A DNA stretch of 63,999 bases, counting the filler, from Dirinaria sp. TL-2023a (taxonomy: Eukaryota): assembly GCA_051941275.1 (NCBI GenBank). It is 11 parts of 11 records of this genome, joined end to end, with 100 filler letters (N's around TTAATTAATTAA, not from the genome) between each part and the next. Parts side by side here need not be neighbours in the genome. Positions count along the whole stretch, not along the records: positions 58,882 to 63,999 come from JAVEBF010001718.1; 10 more parts are not named here. One strand, written 5' to 3'. Positions within the stretch are counted from its first letter, which is position 1. Each line of letters starts with the position of its first letter. Below the pieces are notes generated by a model. That model was not told the origin of the DNA. It saw nothing but the letters and a program-made list of their open reading frames with translations, and did no database searches. Positions 61,472-63,999 of this stretch are shown here, in pieces. A program made the position numbers and the translations under genes.

Positions 61472-62879
61472 ATGGCACAAACGAAAAAGGATGTTGTGAT
61501 TGTCAGTGCTCTTCGTTTTCTCCCTTTCATTTTTCACTCTCTGGGACTGACAACTTTCGCCATTCGATTGGAGGATCTCTGGCTGGCTTGATGCACGGTA
61601 TAGCCATCAAACGTCTTGGTCATAATGTCACCAGCTTAGAACAGCATCTTTCTTCTACTCGCGAAGGCCAAGCTGCAGGCATAGTCACGATGGAATACTC
61701 TCACAAGTTTCTGAGCCGCCACGATCTTCTCCAAGACCAGCCCTATGCTGTCAATTGCTCCGCTGTGCAGATTCTGGAGAAAAATCTCAAAATAAAACAC
61801 GAATTCCAACGACCCATAAAAATGTCCAGCTGGAATGTCCTGTATTCCAGGTTTCGAGCTATTTTCGACGGGCTGCGTTCATCCTATTGCGCTGATGTGC
61901 CCACGGAGTCTGAAAAGGTTGGTAAAGCCGTGTTTGATCAAGGGAAGAGGGCTACTGAAATTCAAATGGTCAATGGTATGGTCAGCGTTACATTCAATGA
62001 CCTGGTAAACCACACAGAGGGAACCTTGTCGGCAGATCTTGTGCTTGTCGCAGATGGCTCGGCTTCGCCAATGCGAGGGCTATTCCAGCCTCAGCTCCAG
62101 CATACCTATGCTGGCTACGTGGCATGGCGGGGTACAGTCGTCGAAAGCAGCGTCTCTGAAACAACCAGAACCACGTTCAAAAATAAGACCACTGTCCATG
62201 CTGCAGATGGTGGCTATGTTGCTCTGTGAGTACGGCCAGTTCCATCATGTGTTTTCGTAATTGCTACTGAAAGTTTTGCAGATACGCCATTCCGGGCGAG
62301 AATGGGAGTCTTGAAGAAGGAAAGCGTCTGCTCAACTATGTGTGGTACACGAATATCGCAGGTGACTCACCGGCAGTGCAAGAAGCCATGACGGATAGTA
62401 CAGGCAGGAAGCACCACCACACACTGCCGATAGGGAAAATGCAGAGTAATGTTTGGGAGAAGCAGGTCTTGCTGGCTCGTCGAATTCTCCCTCGGCCCTT
62501 CGCCGAGCTAGTTGAGAAAACTACACAGCCGTTTATCTCGTTGATATCCGACATTGACGGTGGCCAACCAATATTTTACGGCGGCAAGGTGCTCTTTGTC
62601 GGCGATGCTTTGATGCCTTTTCGGCCTCACGTGGCTTGTAGCACCAACCAAGCAGCGCTGAACGCTATTCTGACGGAGCAGCTAATGAATGGCGAGATCG
62701 ATCTTGTATCCTGGGAGAGCCAAGTCTTGGATTATGCTCATACCACGCGGCTGCGCTGCATAACTTGGGGATGCTGGTACCAAGTTGGATATCTTGCATT
62801 CTTGGCGAGTGAAGCGAGGTACCTCGCTGCGTTGTGTGGACGAAATGTCCGGAAATGGTATAAATGGGTGTTTGGTTGA
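61472..62879 (+). CDS. FAD-dependent monooxygenase (2,6-dihydroxypyridine 3-monooxygenase-like); the first intron has an apparently defective acceptor
   Basis: KDVVI|IGGSLAGL (Rossmann), ADLVLVADGSAS, YAGYVAWRG and LFVGDAL..RPHVACSTNQAA. Intron 2 (62226-62281) is canonical, but intron 1 (61502-61566) ends in TCG. Confidence 0.85.
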
Positions 62880-63999
62880 TGAGCTCAGTGCGCGACGCTC
62901 ACACCTGTATCGACTACCTACGAGTAAAGCATCACGCTGCAAGCGCGAAACCAGTCATGAGGAGCTCTCAGCATCTCACGACGCCATTTGCTCTTACCTC
63001 AGAGAATGGATGTTAGCCCAAGCATTCTCATTGCAACAGTCCTAGAAGGACCATGAAATGCAACTACTCCTTCCAGTAGTCAGAGCACCTGTCGTCCTGC
63101 GCCAGGCCAAAGCGCTCGTATTCGATCCAAATCTGCTCAAAGATTGAGCGAAGAAACTGCCCTCAAGATATTCGTGACAATATTAAGTGTACCCTTAAGC
63201 CAGAGCACTAAGGTACCCGACCCATGCTTGTTCCCTCACACAGAGAGAGACCAAACCCTTAACTCTCCAAATCAATCAAACCGCCAAACTCAACAACCTC
63301 CTCCATCAAAAAAACGTCCAAAAATTTCCTCCCTAACAGCACCTAAACACTCCAAATCAACTATCAACGAGCTAAAATACCCACGATACCTCATCGCAGT
63401 CCTTCACGATTTTCCCCGTGCACGCGCTATCGTTTGCTCAACCCCCATATCTAAATGTTGTGACAACATAGAGAAGCCATGGCCAAGCTGAAAACGATCG
63501 TTGTTCATGATTTTGAATCCACCTCTTGAGGGATTAGGGGTACTGTCATAGGTAGTACGAGGAGTGTGGGAATCTTGATACCGTTATGTGTTTTAAGTTT
63601 GTTTTTCTAAGTGTGGTATTTGAGATGGATTGAGCAGTTGATTATTTAATAGTCTCATATTTTCAGGAACTTGGATCCTAGTAGAGAAGATTGGAAAATG
63701 GGTAGATATGCTCGAGGATGTGAGATAGAAGTGAGGGTATGTAGTCCGACCAAGGTCCAGTAGAGACCATATTCTTCCTTCCTTTTACATGTCATCCGAG
63801 ACTCAGTTTCAATTTTCCCCATGTGTTCTATTATGTATCTTACAGTACACATATATTGAGGCGCATGCATAGAGTAGACATAGCGGCGCTAAACAGCCCA
63901 ATCAATCAATAGCATAAATCCTCGATTCGCTCTCCAATGAGATTCGCAGATTCGAACACTATCACTTCACTTCATACGGTAACCAAACCTCCCCCCCCC

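Noticed and set aside
20898..62879. A secondary-metabolite or detoxification cluster (hydrolase, glycosyltransferase, MFS, monooxygenase)
   Set aside because: The genes lie on different contigs ordered only by size, and no PKS or NRPS is present.

Overview
Fungal genomic DNA (filamentous ascomycete, judged from short GT-AG introns with CTRAC-type branch sites and genes such as WetA, HSF1, AP-1 beta and GCD1). The window is not one continuous locus. It is 11 unrelated contigs of about 5.8 kb, sorted by decreasing length and joined by identical artificial 100-nt spacers (44 N + TTAATTAATTAA + 44 N), so gene neighbourhoods only mean something within a contig. Most genes are housekeeping or common: WD40 protein, GPI-anchored PLC-like phosphodiesterase, DUF2439 protein, PWI splicing factor, HSF1, DEK-C protein, AP-1 beta, the wetA 3' end, sterol glucosyltransferase, DHA1 MFS transporter, eIF2B-gamma and an FAD monooxygenase. 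The standout is contig 35402-41173. It holds a two-exon, 302-aa gasdermin-like gene, split into two anonymous ORFs in the ORF track, transcribed divergently from a >1,300-aa TPR-like/CHAT caspase-family protease with its catalytic His and Cys intact. This is a candidate protease-activated cell-death or immunity module. Other points of interest are a zearalenone-lactonohydrolase (ZHD101)-like enzyme, an intact copia gag lacking pol and followed by a PPT and a degenerate LTR, a Pol III/tRNA-like element, and an accessory contig with paired F-box-like paralogs. All protein identities come from recognising motifs by eye; no database searches were run.
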